From positions 4,245 to 68,244 of the forward strand of contig JANOXC010000119.1 in the NCBI GenBank assembly GCA_031418215.1: DNA of 64,000 nucleotides. Direction: 5' to 3'. A program made the position numbers and the translations under genes. The stretch comes from Bacteroidota bacterium. GTDB taxonomy: Bacteria; Bacteroidota; Bacteroidia; AKYH767-A; OLB10. Below the pieces are notes generated by a model that saw only the letters and a program-made list of their open reading frames with translations, was not told where the DNA came from and did not search any database. Positions 1-12,000 of the stretch are shown one piece after another (within the stretch, counting starts at the first letter, position 1; every line of letters starts with the position of its first letter).

Positions 1-69
1 AAGCGAAATCTCTTCTTTAAGCTTATTCAAGTCTCTAATGAAAAAATGTTTCAGTGTTTGTGCTAGCAT
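1..69 (-). CDS. 5' end of a DinB-like/DUF1572-type protein (runs off the left edge of the window)
   Basis: Not in the ORF track. ATG at 69-67 reads MLAQTLKHFFIRDLNKLKEEISL, resembling the 'LF.RDL.KL..EI' N-terminus of Bacteroidota DinB-like proteins. Only 23 codons are visible. Confidence 0.55.
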   Translation of the reverse strand, partial: MLAQTLKHFFIRDLNKLKEEISL

Positions 70-188
70 GTTAAAGTGGTTATAAGTTAAAACTTTCAAA
101 TAAATATAAAATGTAAAATATTTAATTTTAATTTAAGAGAAAGCCCTTGCAATTGATTTGTAAAAATAATTAATATTGTGATTACAAA

Positions 189-827
189 ATGACAAAAAAC
201 CCCTGGATTGATATTACAGTATGTATTGAAGATGGCATGGTCTACTGGCCGGGTGATATTTCTGTCAGAATAACCAAAGCTGCTACCATGGAGCAGGATA
301 AGGTAAATGTTACCAGCCTGCAGCTGAGTGCGCATACTTCCACTCATTTGGATGCCCCACTTCACTTTATCAAGGATGGCAATGATGTTACTAAAATATC
401 ACTTGAGGCACTCATTGGCGTAGCGAGGGTGATTGAAATCAGTAATGAAAGGGAAATCACCATAGAAGCGATTAAAGAAATTCCTATCAATAAAGGCGAT
501 AGGCTTCTTTTTAAAACACGTCATTCATCTGTTGATTGGTCGAAACAACCATTTCAGGAAGATTATGTTTACCTCTCAGAAGAAGCCGCTAATTATCTAG
601 CTGAAAAGGAAATTGCATGTATTGGCATTGATTATTTATCGATTGCCGAATTTGGCAACGGTGCTGTTGTTCATCAGATTTTATTAAAAAAGAACATTGT
701 GATTATAGAAGGGTTAAAATTGACAGGTATTGATGAAGGACTTTATGATATGATCTGTCTTCCTTTAAAAATTAAACATGCAGATGGTTCTCCTGCACGG
801 GTTGTGATACGTAAAATAGAAAATTAA
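189..827 (+). CDS. Cyclase-family metal-dependent hydrolase (kynurenine formamidase-like)
   Basis: HTSTHLDAPLHF matches the HxGTHxDxPxH motif; GIDYLS and C-terminal PLKI..ADGSPARV motifs are present. Confidence 0.9.
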   Translation: MTKNPWIDITVCIEDGMVYWPGDISVRITKAATMEQDKVNVTSLQLSAHTSTHLDAPLHFIKDGNDVTKISLEALIGVARVIEISNEREITIEAIKEIPINKGDRLLFKTRHSSVDWSKQPFQEDYVYLSEEAANYLAEKEIACIGIDYLSIAEFGNGAVVHQILLKKNIVIIEGLKLTGIDEGLYDMICLPLKIKHADGSPARVVIRKIEN

Positions 828-851
828 ATTTAGTGAGATAAATCTATTTTC

Positions 852-1583
852 CTATAGCCCTTCTGCTACTAATTCAGAATATTGAAACTGTTCCATCACT
901 TCCGGCACATTGTTATTTTCCGTTCTTGAAGTGATGCGTTTGGTAATTGAATAGGCTTCCATTAATGATTCATCAAACGGCTTCATAAATGACGTAACCT
1001 CCTCCTTGGAAAGATTTGGCTTGATCCAATCCAATTCCTTTTCTAAAGGAAGAATCAAAGGCATTCTTTTTTTACTGTTATGAATTTTCGACAGCAATGG
1101 ATTGGCAACTGTTGTAAGTATAGAAAAGGAGCTAATGATTTCCCCTGTTTCTTTATCCGTCCAATGATCATAAATGCCGGCTAATGAAAACACTTCTTTG
1201 CTTTTTAAGAAAATATAAAATGGAAATTTCTTTTTTCCGATTGTGTGCCATTCAAAAAAACCGGTAACCGGCACAAGACACCTGTTTCTAGCAATTGCAT
1301 TACGAAATGAAGGCTTTTGAAAAGCTGTAACTGCCACGCAATTTGGAGTCATCAGACTTATTTTAGCTGCATCCTCCTTTGTCTTTGCCCAGTGAGGGAT
1401 AAGACCCCAAGTATAAAAATTAATAGTCCTTTCCGCCCGTTGGGTCACCACAGGCCAATGCGGATGTAAAAATGCCGATACATGATAAACATGCTTGAAT
1501 AAATCACCTTGTGGAAATTGTGCATTATATCTTTTAGACATTTTCTCTGCACGCTTTTCAAGTACCTGTATATTGTAGCACAT
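852..1583 (-). CDS. SOS response-associated peptidase (SRAP; YedK/HMCES family, abasic-site protection)
   Basis: Cys2 after Met (MCYN), WGLIPHW, NRCLVPVTGFFEW, and IHNSKKRMPLIL motifs. Confidence 0.92.
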   Translation of the reverse strand: MCYNIQVLEKRAEKMSKRYNAQFPQGDLFKHVYHVSAFLHPHWPVVTQRAERTINFYTWGLIPHWAKTKEDAAKISLMTPNCVAVTAFQKPSFRNAIARNRCLVPVTGFFEWHTIGKKKFPFYIFLKSKEVFSLAGIYDHWTDKETGEIISSFSILTTVANPLLSKIHNSKKRMPLILPLEKELDWIKPNLSKEEVTSFMKPFDESLMEAYSITKRITSRTENNNVPEVMEQFQYSELVAEGL

Positions 1584-1587
1584 CTTG

Positions 1588-1595
1588 CAAAGTTA
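1588..1595 (-). promoter_or_regulatory. Bacteroidota sigma-70 -7 element (TAACTTTG), near-leaderless SRAP transcript
   Basis: Matches TAnnTTTG and ends 4 nt before the ATG at 1583. Confidence 0.6.
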
Positions 1596-1754
1596 AATTG
1601 ATTATTGTCATTAAAAAAACAATGAACTTCCTTAATCAAGCATTGTTCACCCCAAAAAACATAACTCGAAGTGGTATTCATTTTTTTGAAATATCTTTAC
1701 CTTACTTTAAAGTTACAAACTTTATTAATTATAACCAATTTGACTATTTGATTT

Positions 1755-3008
1755 ATGCTGAAATTGAACAATATCATTTTAATAACATTAATTAATCTTT
1801 TGACTACGAATACCCAAGCTCAACAACGATTGATTACGGGCAACATAAGTGATGCAGCTACAAAAGAGCCATTGCCCTATGCAACAATATCTTTAAAAAA
1901 GCAATTGATTGGCACCATCAGTAATGAATCAGGAAATTTTGATTTTTATATTCCTTCCGATTTGGTAAATGATACCTTGACAATCAGTTCGCTTGGATAT
2001 AAGCCTGTAATGTTTGTCCTGAGTGCGATTACCCAACCATTAATGGTTCGCTTGCAATCAAGTATGGTTGATGTAAAGGAAATTCAAATCCGGCCCTTGC
2101 CTCCAACCTACTACATCAAACAAGCCATTTTAAGCATTAAGGCAAATTATCCTAATTCTCCCTTTCAAACAGAAGCTTATTACCGCGAAAAAGTAACAGA
2201 AAACAATGCATTAATCGATTTTAATGAGGCAATTTTTCGAACTTATTACCAAAACTATACAGATACAGCAACAAAAAACCAACACCAATTACTAATTTTT
2301 CAACAAGCAGATGAAAAAAAGAAAATTGCATTTATGAGTGAACAAAATAAAAAGAAAAAAGAAAAGCAAAAAAAGAAAGGTGGTGATAAAGAAGAAAAGG
2401 AAAGTATATCAATTAGCGGATTAGGCGGCGGTCCTGAAACAATTTTAAGTCTTGATATAGTTCGTGATAAAGAACCATTCCTGGACAGTACTACTTTCAA
2501 ATATTACAATTATTCATTCGCCCCGTCATCCTCTTATCAGAATAAAGAACTGATGGTAATCGATTTTAAATCAAGGCGAGTGCTTGATCATGTAAAAATG
2601 GAAGGGAAAATTTATTTAGATGTTGAATCGAATGCCATTGTGAACATCGAATACAAGGGTCGTTTTATTATTCCTGTGTTAATTAAGCCTCTTCTCTTTT
2701 TATATGGTTTAGATATAGACAATCCCATTATCAGCAAGAAACTAGAATACCAAGGGGTTAATAATAAATGGTACCCAAAAAATATTCAAGTTAATATAAG
2801 TGCTGATCTAACCAAGAAACACTGGTTTAAAGAAAATGAACATTCAACTTTTGAAGCGGAAGGTATTTTCAATGTAAATAAATTGAAAACTGAAAAGGCG
2901 ATTGCAATAGATCCCTCGAAGAGATTCGATTCCAAGAAACCATTAAAGGATCAGGTTCACAATGACGAAGGTAATACCTGGTCAGGTATCAATATAATTA
3001 AAAAATAA
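1755..3008 (+). CDS. Secreted/outer-membrane protein with N-terminal carboxypeptidase-regulatory-like domain
   Basis: Signal peptide, then ITGNISDAATKEPLPYATI...GTISNESGNF...LTISSLGY (CarbopepD_reg_2-like); beta-rich C-terminal half. Confidence 0.8.
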   Translation: MLKLNNIILITLINLLTTNTQAQQRLITGNISDAATKEPLPYATISLKKQLIGTISNESGNFDFYIPSDLVNDTLTISSLGYKPVMFVLSAITQPLMVRLQSSMVDVKEIQIRPLPPTYYIKQAILSIKANYPNSPFQTEAYYREKVTENNALIDFNEAIFRTYYQNYTDTATKNQHQLLIFQQADEKKKIAFMSEQNKKKKEKQKKKGGDKEEKESISISGLGGGPETILSLDIVRDKEPFLDSTTFKYYNYSFAPSSSYQNKELMVIDFKSRRVLDHVKMEGKIYLDVESNAIVNIEYKGRFIIPVLIKPLLFLYGLDIDNPIISKKLEYQGVNNKWYPKNIQVNISADLTKKHWFKENEHSTFEAEGIFNVNKLKTEKAIAIDPSKRFDSKKPLKDQVHNDEGNTWSGINIIKK

Positions 3009-3030
3009 CAAGGCTTTTTTATAAAATTAA

Positions 3031-3056
3031 TAGCCCGGGAATTATTTCCCGGGCTA
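3031..3056. terminator. Bidirectional intrinsic terminator-like hairpin between convergent genes
   Basis: Perfect 11-bp stem TAGCCCGGGAA-ttat-TTCCCGGGCTA between the stops at 3008 (+) and 3090 (-). Confidence 0.8.
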
Positions 3057-3089
3057 CTAATGAAACAAGATTTGATTTATTCAAAATTT

Positions 3090-6000
3090 CTACGGCCTTG
3101 TAAAGTCATAATTTAAAACCTGGTTGTTATAAATAATTGTTTCTTTACTCCATGTTTCAATTGAATTACGATGTCTTAATACAAGGTAATAACGGTGACC
3201 GGATATTAAGCCGGCAAAAGTAAAAGTTCCATATCCTTTGGTATTTATTACACTTGTATCAGAAGATACAATCTGATAGGTTGCAGAATCTGCCATAGAT
3301 AAAATAACGGAATCACAAATTGCAGGAAAATTAAGTGGGTCAAGTACTGCCATCATTGAATCCATTCCGGGAATATAAAATCCCTCTATAAAGGCCCTTA
3401 GATTCAATGTTACATTACAAGTGTTGTTATGATACACTCCGGTAATGGAATCACAGCCATCAATTGTACAGGCATTGTTATCATCAACAAGTATCGGAAT
3501 ATGACTTGGTCCGGTTACTGGGTTACAAGCATCCGCTGTACAAGCATTGGCATCATTAACTGGAATAACTGTATGTAAAGGTCCGGAAACAGAATCACAA
3601 GCGTCCGCAGTACAAACATTAATGTCATCAAATTGTATTAACAAGTGCGTAGGTCCGGCTATTGCATCACATCCATCTATTGTACAAATGTTTGCATCAT
3701 TTATTATTGGAAGATCGATATGTGTTGTCCCGGTTAATGAATCACATCCATCAGTTGTGCAAATATTATTATCATCTACTACCGGCAATGCAATATGTGT
3801 AGGGCCGGTTATTGCATTACAACCATCAGTTGTACAAACATTATGGTCGTTTTCGAAAGGCATTAATATATGTGTAGGCCCTAACAATGGATTACAACCA
3901 TCAGTAGTACATACATTATTGTCGCTAAAATTTACTGGCAAATAGGAATTGGTAATGGAATCAAAGTTTGCCGAAGTACATGCATCAAGTGCCAGTAAAT
4001 TTCCGGTATTGTTATAATAAATGGTATAACTTGCAGGTTGTATAAGTTGCAAATTACCTGGAAGAACTAAATAATTTCCGGGAGGGATGGTATCGGACAA
4101 TACCGGAAGATTTAAACTATCTATAACGGAATAGGTTGGAAGTCCAGCTAAAACCAAACTGTCAACATCATAATAATGATACCCCTTAATGTGATGTGTG
4201 AATACGGGTGTTTGTCCAAAAACAAGTACTGTGTCATTGGAAGATACATTAAGCTCAGCCTTAGTTATTGTTAAAGTTCCAAGATCATAAGAAACATCAT
4301 AGTTATCGGAAAGGTATGCACCCGGAACAATTGCCCAGGTACCTGCCGTAAAGCCGGTGATCATGTTAACGGACCGGAAATCTTCCAATGTATCATAAGA
4401 AGGCGCATTTACGTCGTCAGCATCAATTACAACAACTACATTTTCATTACTGCTATCTGACACCGTGGTTGAATTAAGCAGATTTTTTGCATTAATTAAA
4501 TTCTTGGCATTAATCAGGTTTTTGGCATTTACATAGGCAGATCCATTAATAAGATTTTTTGCATTTACCGCTGCTTTGGCATTGATATTAATAAGATTCC
4601 GTGCATTGATAAGATTTCTTGCATTAATCAACCTGGCGCTGTCTGGTCTTACCTGGTAATTAAAAATACTCTCCGGATCAACATCAATTAATCTGGTTGT
4701 ATCATATACAATTGTATTTGTATTGATCAGATTTTTGGCATTAATAAGGTTCCTGGCATTGATAAGGTTCCTGGCACTTACTAAAAAACTCAAATGTTGA
4801 ATATCAGCATTGATCAGATTACGAGAGTTCACCAGGTTTTTGGAATCAACAAGTACCAATGCATCAGCAATCTGACTACTATGCTCTAGCATCAATCCTG
4901 CACGAATCGCTAGCCTGTCAGTTGTGTCTATCGCAATTGAATCATAAGCATAAACAAATTTAAAATCTGTTAATTTATCTCCATAAACCAAGGTAGTGTC
5001 TTTCGGTTTGATGTTAAGTGGCATTTTTTCAATGCTAAGAAGTCCATTGTCAAACTCGTATGCATACTTATCCAGCAAGATGGATGATAATGAATCAGTA
5101 GGATCCAATGGATCAATAAAAGGCTCAATGAAATAATTACCCACATTACTTAAGGTGACTGCCGAAGTGAGGTACTTTACACTATCCAGTTTTAGTTCTG
5201 CCAATGTAATATTCAACGAATCTATCGGTTGACCGTCAATTTTTACTGAAATTGAAAAAGCAGGAATTTTTTCTCCATATTTTTTCGTTTTGTTGTCGGC
5301 TGTAATGACTATATGCTTCTTGAAAAAATAAATGGTATCAGAATTACCACCATCCAGCGCAAGTGTAGTTACTGCCGGGTTATGTATATATAATGGCGGA
5401 TTCCCTGTAAACGCTGGTATCTGCGCAGTAATCACATTTGAATTTACATAAGTAGAACTAATTAATATTCCATTAAACCATACCTGTGAGTTAGGAATGA
5501 AATAAGCCCCATTAATGGTAACCACAAAGGGTGCAGAACCAGGTGTTATAGAATCAGGCTCAACAAGGCTATCGGCAATTGGTGATCCGGAAACGAGTGA
5601 AGCAATTGCAGAATCGGCCTGCAATAGTCCGTAACCTGTTTCAAAATCAAAACCACCGGCTGCCATATCGCGACTGGTATTTTGAAGAATTGATTTTATT
5701 TCATCAGGCGTCATTCCCAAATTAAAAAACTTTTTCTTTGCCTCAATTAATAATGCTGCAACAGCGGCTGCATGAGGGACTGCAGCGGAAGTACCAAAGA
5801 AATTCGGAAATTTATCATTATCAATATTCTTTCCACCAAGGTTCACTGTAGTATTTACACCATTCGGTGCGATAAAATCTGGTTTGTTTCTTAATAAATT
5901 ATTTACTGTTGTTCCACCTGCAGAAGAAAAATCTTCTACCAAAGCCGGACTCACACCAAATGCAGGTGTTTTTGTGTACCGAGCGGCTCCAACAGTCATT

Positions 6001-9000
6001 GCTCCGATAGCATTTGCCTGACCAACAATTGTTGAATTGTTACTGTTGTATTCAGTAATGGTAAGATCTCCGCGGAAAACAATATATTTAAATCGCATAC
6101 TACCAGTACCGGCTGCACGCACAATCATTATGTTGGCTTCACTGTTTCCTTTTACAACAAAAGGTAATATTTCTACTGGGTCAGCTCCAATATTTGTTCT
6201 GTTGAATCCAAAGAGGCGATTACCAAAATCATCAGCTAAATAGATGTCAAGATCGGTGCTTGCACCTGGATATTGACCCATTGAAAAGAAAGAATCTTCC
6301 CATTGTAATACGATACAATAAGTACCCGACAACAGTTTAACATGTTGAAGAATATCAGTTCCGGTGCTTGCAAAATTGTGTGCCTGACCCACATATCCTG
6401 CGGGTGGAGTTGCGGGTTTAAAAACCGCATCATAGGATTTATCACCAAAATTTCCTGCAGATGTAAAATAGGCAACACCATGTGCTTTGGCGGAATCCAC
6501 AGCTTGCGCTATGATACCATCCTGGAAGAAAGGCTCAGAAGGAAATGTAATATCATCAATTATTATATTACAGGAATCCGCCTCCAGTTCCCTTATACCT
6601 TCAGCCATATTACTGGCTGTTAAAAATCCTGTACGAAAAGCCAATTTAGCTTTTGGTGCAACATCGCGTATAATCTGCATCATGGCCCTGCCCTCATCTG
6701 ATTTTCTTCCGAAAGGATAATCCTGAAGCACATTAATAGATGTTGCAGGCGGTAAATCACCGTTATTAATATCAACTTGTGCAGGGTTGCCGGCTTTCTT
6801 ATTATAACTGTCAGATAAAATTCCAATCTTAATTCCTGAGCCATCAACTTTGAATACCTTTCTTGCTATATCAGCTCTAATGGCAATATCACCTTTTGAA
6901 TAGGCCACACCTATCCCCTTAGGTTTTGCCGCGCCTGAAAATGGAGATAATAATACATGTACTTCATTAATCAATGTAGTAAGCGAATCCAGTAAATTTA
7001 ACTTTGCCTGTGGAAACTTTCCCGTAATGATTAAGGAGTCGTCTCCATTATCAACAATATCTACCATACCATAATCAACACTCTGTAACAAGGTTAATAC
7101 TGAATCGTACATGCCTTCAAAAGGAATTACATTAATAAAAACACTATCAACGCCAAGTACAATCAAACTTGTATTAACCGCATTAGCCGCTGTTGTAGTG
7201 GTATCAGCAATTGAATCAGGGTTATTTTGAATTTGCTGTAATTCACCTATAATGGCGGATGACTTTCCACTGTCGGAAGAAGTAAAATATGGTATAATGC
7301 AATTTACTAACGCCATGGAAATGGATGTTGATGGACCGGTACAACCATTGTTTGTTAGTGTTACACCATAAGTTCCCGGAGTAGTAACAAGAAATGAATC
7401 GGCAACTAAATTGCCGGGTGTCCATACGTAACTGTAATTATTTATTAATCCCGGAGTTGAATCAGTTACAAATAATGTAGAGGTCCCTCCTTCAGCGCAA
7501 AGCGGACTGTTAGGTATGATATGCGCCGTAGGATAGGGAGTTACTCTAACCTCAACAAGCTTAATAGTTGAACATCCTGTATTTGCAAGTCCTTTTATAT
7601 AATAAGTTCCTGAAGCGTTAATAGCTGCCGGAGCTGCTATTGTTGTATAAGCAATACTATCTTTCCAATAGCTGTATGCTAAACCACTTTGCGAACCGGA
7701 TACAATTGTTGAATTTGTTAAATTGACAGTTAATGGTGCACAAACAGTAGCCGGATTGGTGATTTGTATTGATGGTGCAGCGACAACAAATAAATTAACT
7801 GAATCCGTTTTTACACATCCGTTATTCCCTGTTACAGAAACTGAATAATAACCGGAAGTATTGGCATTAGTGTTAGTGATTTTCGGATTTTGTTGGGATG
7901 AAGTAAATCCATTGGGTCCACTCCAAACATATGAAATACCTCCGCCGGCAGTTAAATAAATAGTCGCGCCTGAGCATATCGGACTAATGAAGCTTGCCAA
8001 TGTTATTGGGGCAGGAATATGAGTAATGACCACAGGTTTTATATCATAACAACCAGCAGTCGTGATGCCTTTAATATAATAAGTACCTGCAACAGTAACT
8101 GCATAAGGAATTATAACAGCTGAAGTAGCCTGGATGTTATTCCAATAACTATAAGCAAGTCCATTCGTCGAACCTGAGGTAATTAAAGTGTCAAATAAAC
8201 TCACTTTAACATTTGAGCAAACAGTTGCCGGATTGGTGATTTGAACAACAGGAGTTGGATTAACAGTTATATATATAGAATCGGATTTACTGCAACCATT
8301 GGCATTTGTAATGGTAACTTTATAATATCCTGAATCAGCAACTGCGGGATTAGGTTTAATTGGACTTTGAAGGTTTGAATTAAATCCATTCGGGCCATTC
8401 CAAGAATAAGCTGTTCCTCCTGATGCGGCAGAAAATTTAATAGAATCTCCCGAACATATAGGGCTATTTGTTGTTGGTGAAACGGATGGCAATACCAGAA
8501 TAGTAAAATTCCACGTAGTACAACCCGCTGCTAAGCTAAATCCATTTCGCGGAACTACTTTCCAGGAATAACTGCCAGGAGTAAGTGGAGTTAAAGTTGT
8601 ATAACTTGTATTTGCTTGATTGGTTGAAACCAATGTTACACTGCCTGCAGATGGATATAAATAAACATCGTAACCGGTAGCCGTGGCAACAGCAGGCCAA
8701 CTCAAAGTACTATTTATCGCAATACAAAGTGATGAGCCATTAGATGGAGCTGTTGGTGCTGCAACACAAGTTGGTATTGTTGAAACCACACAAATACTAA
8801 ATGATGCAGGCGCACCAGCTGTTGTGCCTCCAGTTCCTGCATGATAAACTCTTACGTAATAAATATGACCAACAATGGTAGTAAAACCTGATGACTCAGA
8901 TGATCCGGCAGTATTATTTAGATTACGACATAGAATGGAAGTTTTTGAATTGCAATTTCCTGGACCAATACCTCCATAATATACCTGAAATGCTGGATCA

Positions 9001-12000
9001 TAAGCACCACTTCCTGTTACCGTTACAGTATTATAACCAGTACCGGCAAACCAATACCATACATCATCATCAGCAATTCCGCATAATGTAGTATCTGCAG
9101 AAGCTGTTGCATTTGTAGTAGAAACATTTACGATTTGATTAAGCCCAGTATTACAAGTTAAAGAGTTTGCACTGGCAAGCTCCGTTGCATTTGCACACTC
9201 ATCATTACTTGCATCTGGGGACAATACCACTAATGCAAATTCACCTGTAATTCCCCAGTTGGGTGATTCAATATCAACAGTAGGTTGACTTGTATAACCA
9301 TAACCTGCTGTACTAATTGATATCGATGAAACAGTACCTGAACCTTGATTTACTGTTCCAATAGCGCCTATGCCTCCGCCTCCGGAAATAGTAACTCGCC
9401 CACTTGTGCTACCTCCTGATATACTAAATAATGCTGTGTTATATCCACTACCATTATTATTCATAACAATATTGGTAATTCCTCCACCTGGAGAAAAAGA
9501 AGCTGTGGCAGTAGCCTTTACTCCTCCTCTTTCATGATATATCCTAACGTAATATATACTGTCGGGTATTGTCATAATTGCAGAATTAAGAAATACTCCT
9601 GCGCCCGGGTAAGTGGTATTGTTGGCCATACCTGATTCGACTATACCAACTTTACAGGAGATTGAATTGAAGGAATTATTAAGCACTTGTACCCTCGGGA
9701 TATATCCTCCTGATGCGTACACAACAACATTGGTATTGATGTTTTTTGCATTAAATTTAAACCACACATCATCATCATTATTACCGGCACAAACAGCAAC
9801 ATTATTGCTAGCTGTTGCAAACCTCGATGAATAAATATTTCCACAAAGATTATCAGGTAATACAGAAACGGGAGCGATAAAAGTTGCACCGGAATAATCA
9901 TCATTATTCGGAGGAGTTGTGGGTGGAACTGTACCACCTGTATATCCGGTTCCCGGAGTAAATTTTATTGTTGAATTGCAGGATGGCGCAATACTTAGTC
10001 CGGTTGTACCTCTTGCTAATACGTTAGTATTTGTATAGGAAAACACATCAGAATTCTCATATTGCTGTGCTAACACCTGTCCTTGCAATGCAGGATCATT
10101 CACAAAAATTCCCGTAAATCCAACTCCATAACTAAGGCGGGCATCTTGTGTCCCATTAAATGCTTGAAGTGGACCATAATTATAGGAAATACTATTATCG
10201 CTTTCATCAAGTATTACCTGAATGCTTATCAGTGAATTGGATACACCATACATCGTAAAATCTTTCCACTCGGCAATTATTTTCCTTGCGCCGGTTGTTC
10301 CGGTTATTTTCCATTTTGTTTTAACATCATAAATAGCAGTACCGCCTGAGATTGTTGGATCACTTATCAGGTCGGTATAAAAAGGAGCAAGCATAAATGG
10401 AAATGAACTTCCATTCAAAATTGCGGCAGTTGGATTAACAGAAGGTGCAAATCTGTTCGAATAAGTACTGCCGGTTACTGTAAATGCAGGGGTTGCTGTT
10501 GAAACCAATCGAATGATACCATTGGTTAGTAGTTGAAACCCTGTAATCACTTGACCGCAATAAGTAAATGTTGAGCCGGGAATAGTTACAACATTTGAAA
10601 GAGCCTCATCCCCTGATGAACTGATCCAAGTAAAAGTATTGCCTGAATTAATAATTGAATTATAAGTAGTATTCGTTGCGCGGGTTATATTGTATTGCAA
10701 AGGCACAGGAGTGTAAGTACTCAACCATGCATAAAAATCATCACCTGTTGGTACTATGGGGCCAGTTATTGTATCTGCTGTTTGCTTGCTTCCTGTTGCA
10801 CTAAGTGGGGTATTGGCTGTGCCAACGGCAGTACTCCTTGTGGTCCACGGTCCATTTACAGCAGGTGCCTGACCAACAAACAATCCACCCTGATCAGAAA
10901 CTAAACTATCATTCACAGTCCAAAATAATGTAACTAAAGGTTTGGTACCATAAACCATACCCACCGGGATATTTAATCGATTAGTTCTTTTACCAATCGG
11001 TCCACCTGTTCCTGTTGGCCTTCCTAATCGACTGGCAGAAATTTGTGTAATTGTTGAGCCCGTGCTAAGCGAACCTGTACCTGTTGCAACTTGAATTGAT
11101 CCATCAAACGGAAATGTGCGGGTTACACTTCCACCCGGAGCTGTTAATGAAATAACACCATTTGAAACATTTGCACTTACACTTCCTGTTGTTCCGGAAT
11201 AACTATAAAGGGAGCATAAAAGTGTATCGCCATTCAAATCTAAAATACCACTTGAAAATGATAAAGGCGATGAACCAAATAACTCCAGTTTGCCTAATAA
11301 TTTAACGCCGCCAATTGGGCTATTTCCGGAAAGCAATAGAGCGTTAATCTTATTGTTCGAAGGAACTTCAGCGCCGGCTGTCGCAACTCCATTTTGTGAA
11401 TTATTTGCACTTAGTGGAGAAATATTATTGTAAGCAATATTATAAAGTGCAATGCGTGCAGTTGGTGCAGTTGAAGCTACAGTTGTTGCTGTGCCTCCTC
11501 CCAAGCCTACTATTGGAGCAGTTGTAAATCCATATCCGGAATTGGTAATTGCGAAGTTATTGATCTGACGGTTTGTGTTAATAACTACAATTGCTGTCGG
11601 CCAACATCCCCCGGGCCATGCAATCGTACCATTTCCACTAATTGAAATTGTTGGTGGGCTGGAATAAGTAGCAGCAGTTCCTGTATTCAAATAAACAGAA
11701 ACCAATTTGCCCTGACTAACAGTTATGGTAAAATTTGCTGAAGTTAAAGCAGTTCCTGAAACTGGTGTGCCTGTGATCGTAATTGTAGGGGCAACTGTAT
11801 ATCCCGAGCCGCTATTGGTAACTAGGTTTAAAGCCGTAGGGCCAGCGAAACCAACTGTAGGTGCAACGGTGTAATTTACACCTGCACCCGTAACGGAAGT
11901 AGTTGAAATAAACACTTGCCCCACACCGCTACCTTTGGTAATTCCCGAAGCTGTTGCAGGTGCGCCCTGATCATTATTGATTGTTAAACCACCACTGATT

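Noticed and set aside
1598-1795. 65-aa ORF between SRAP and the 1755 gene
   Set aside because: Overlaps divergent promoter space and the next gene's start; low-complexity AT-rich translation.
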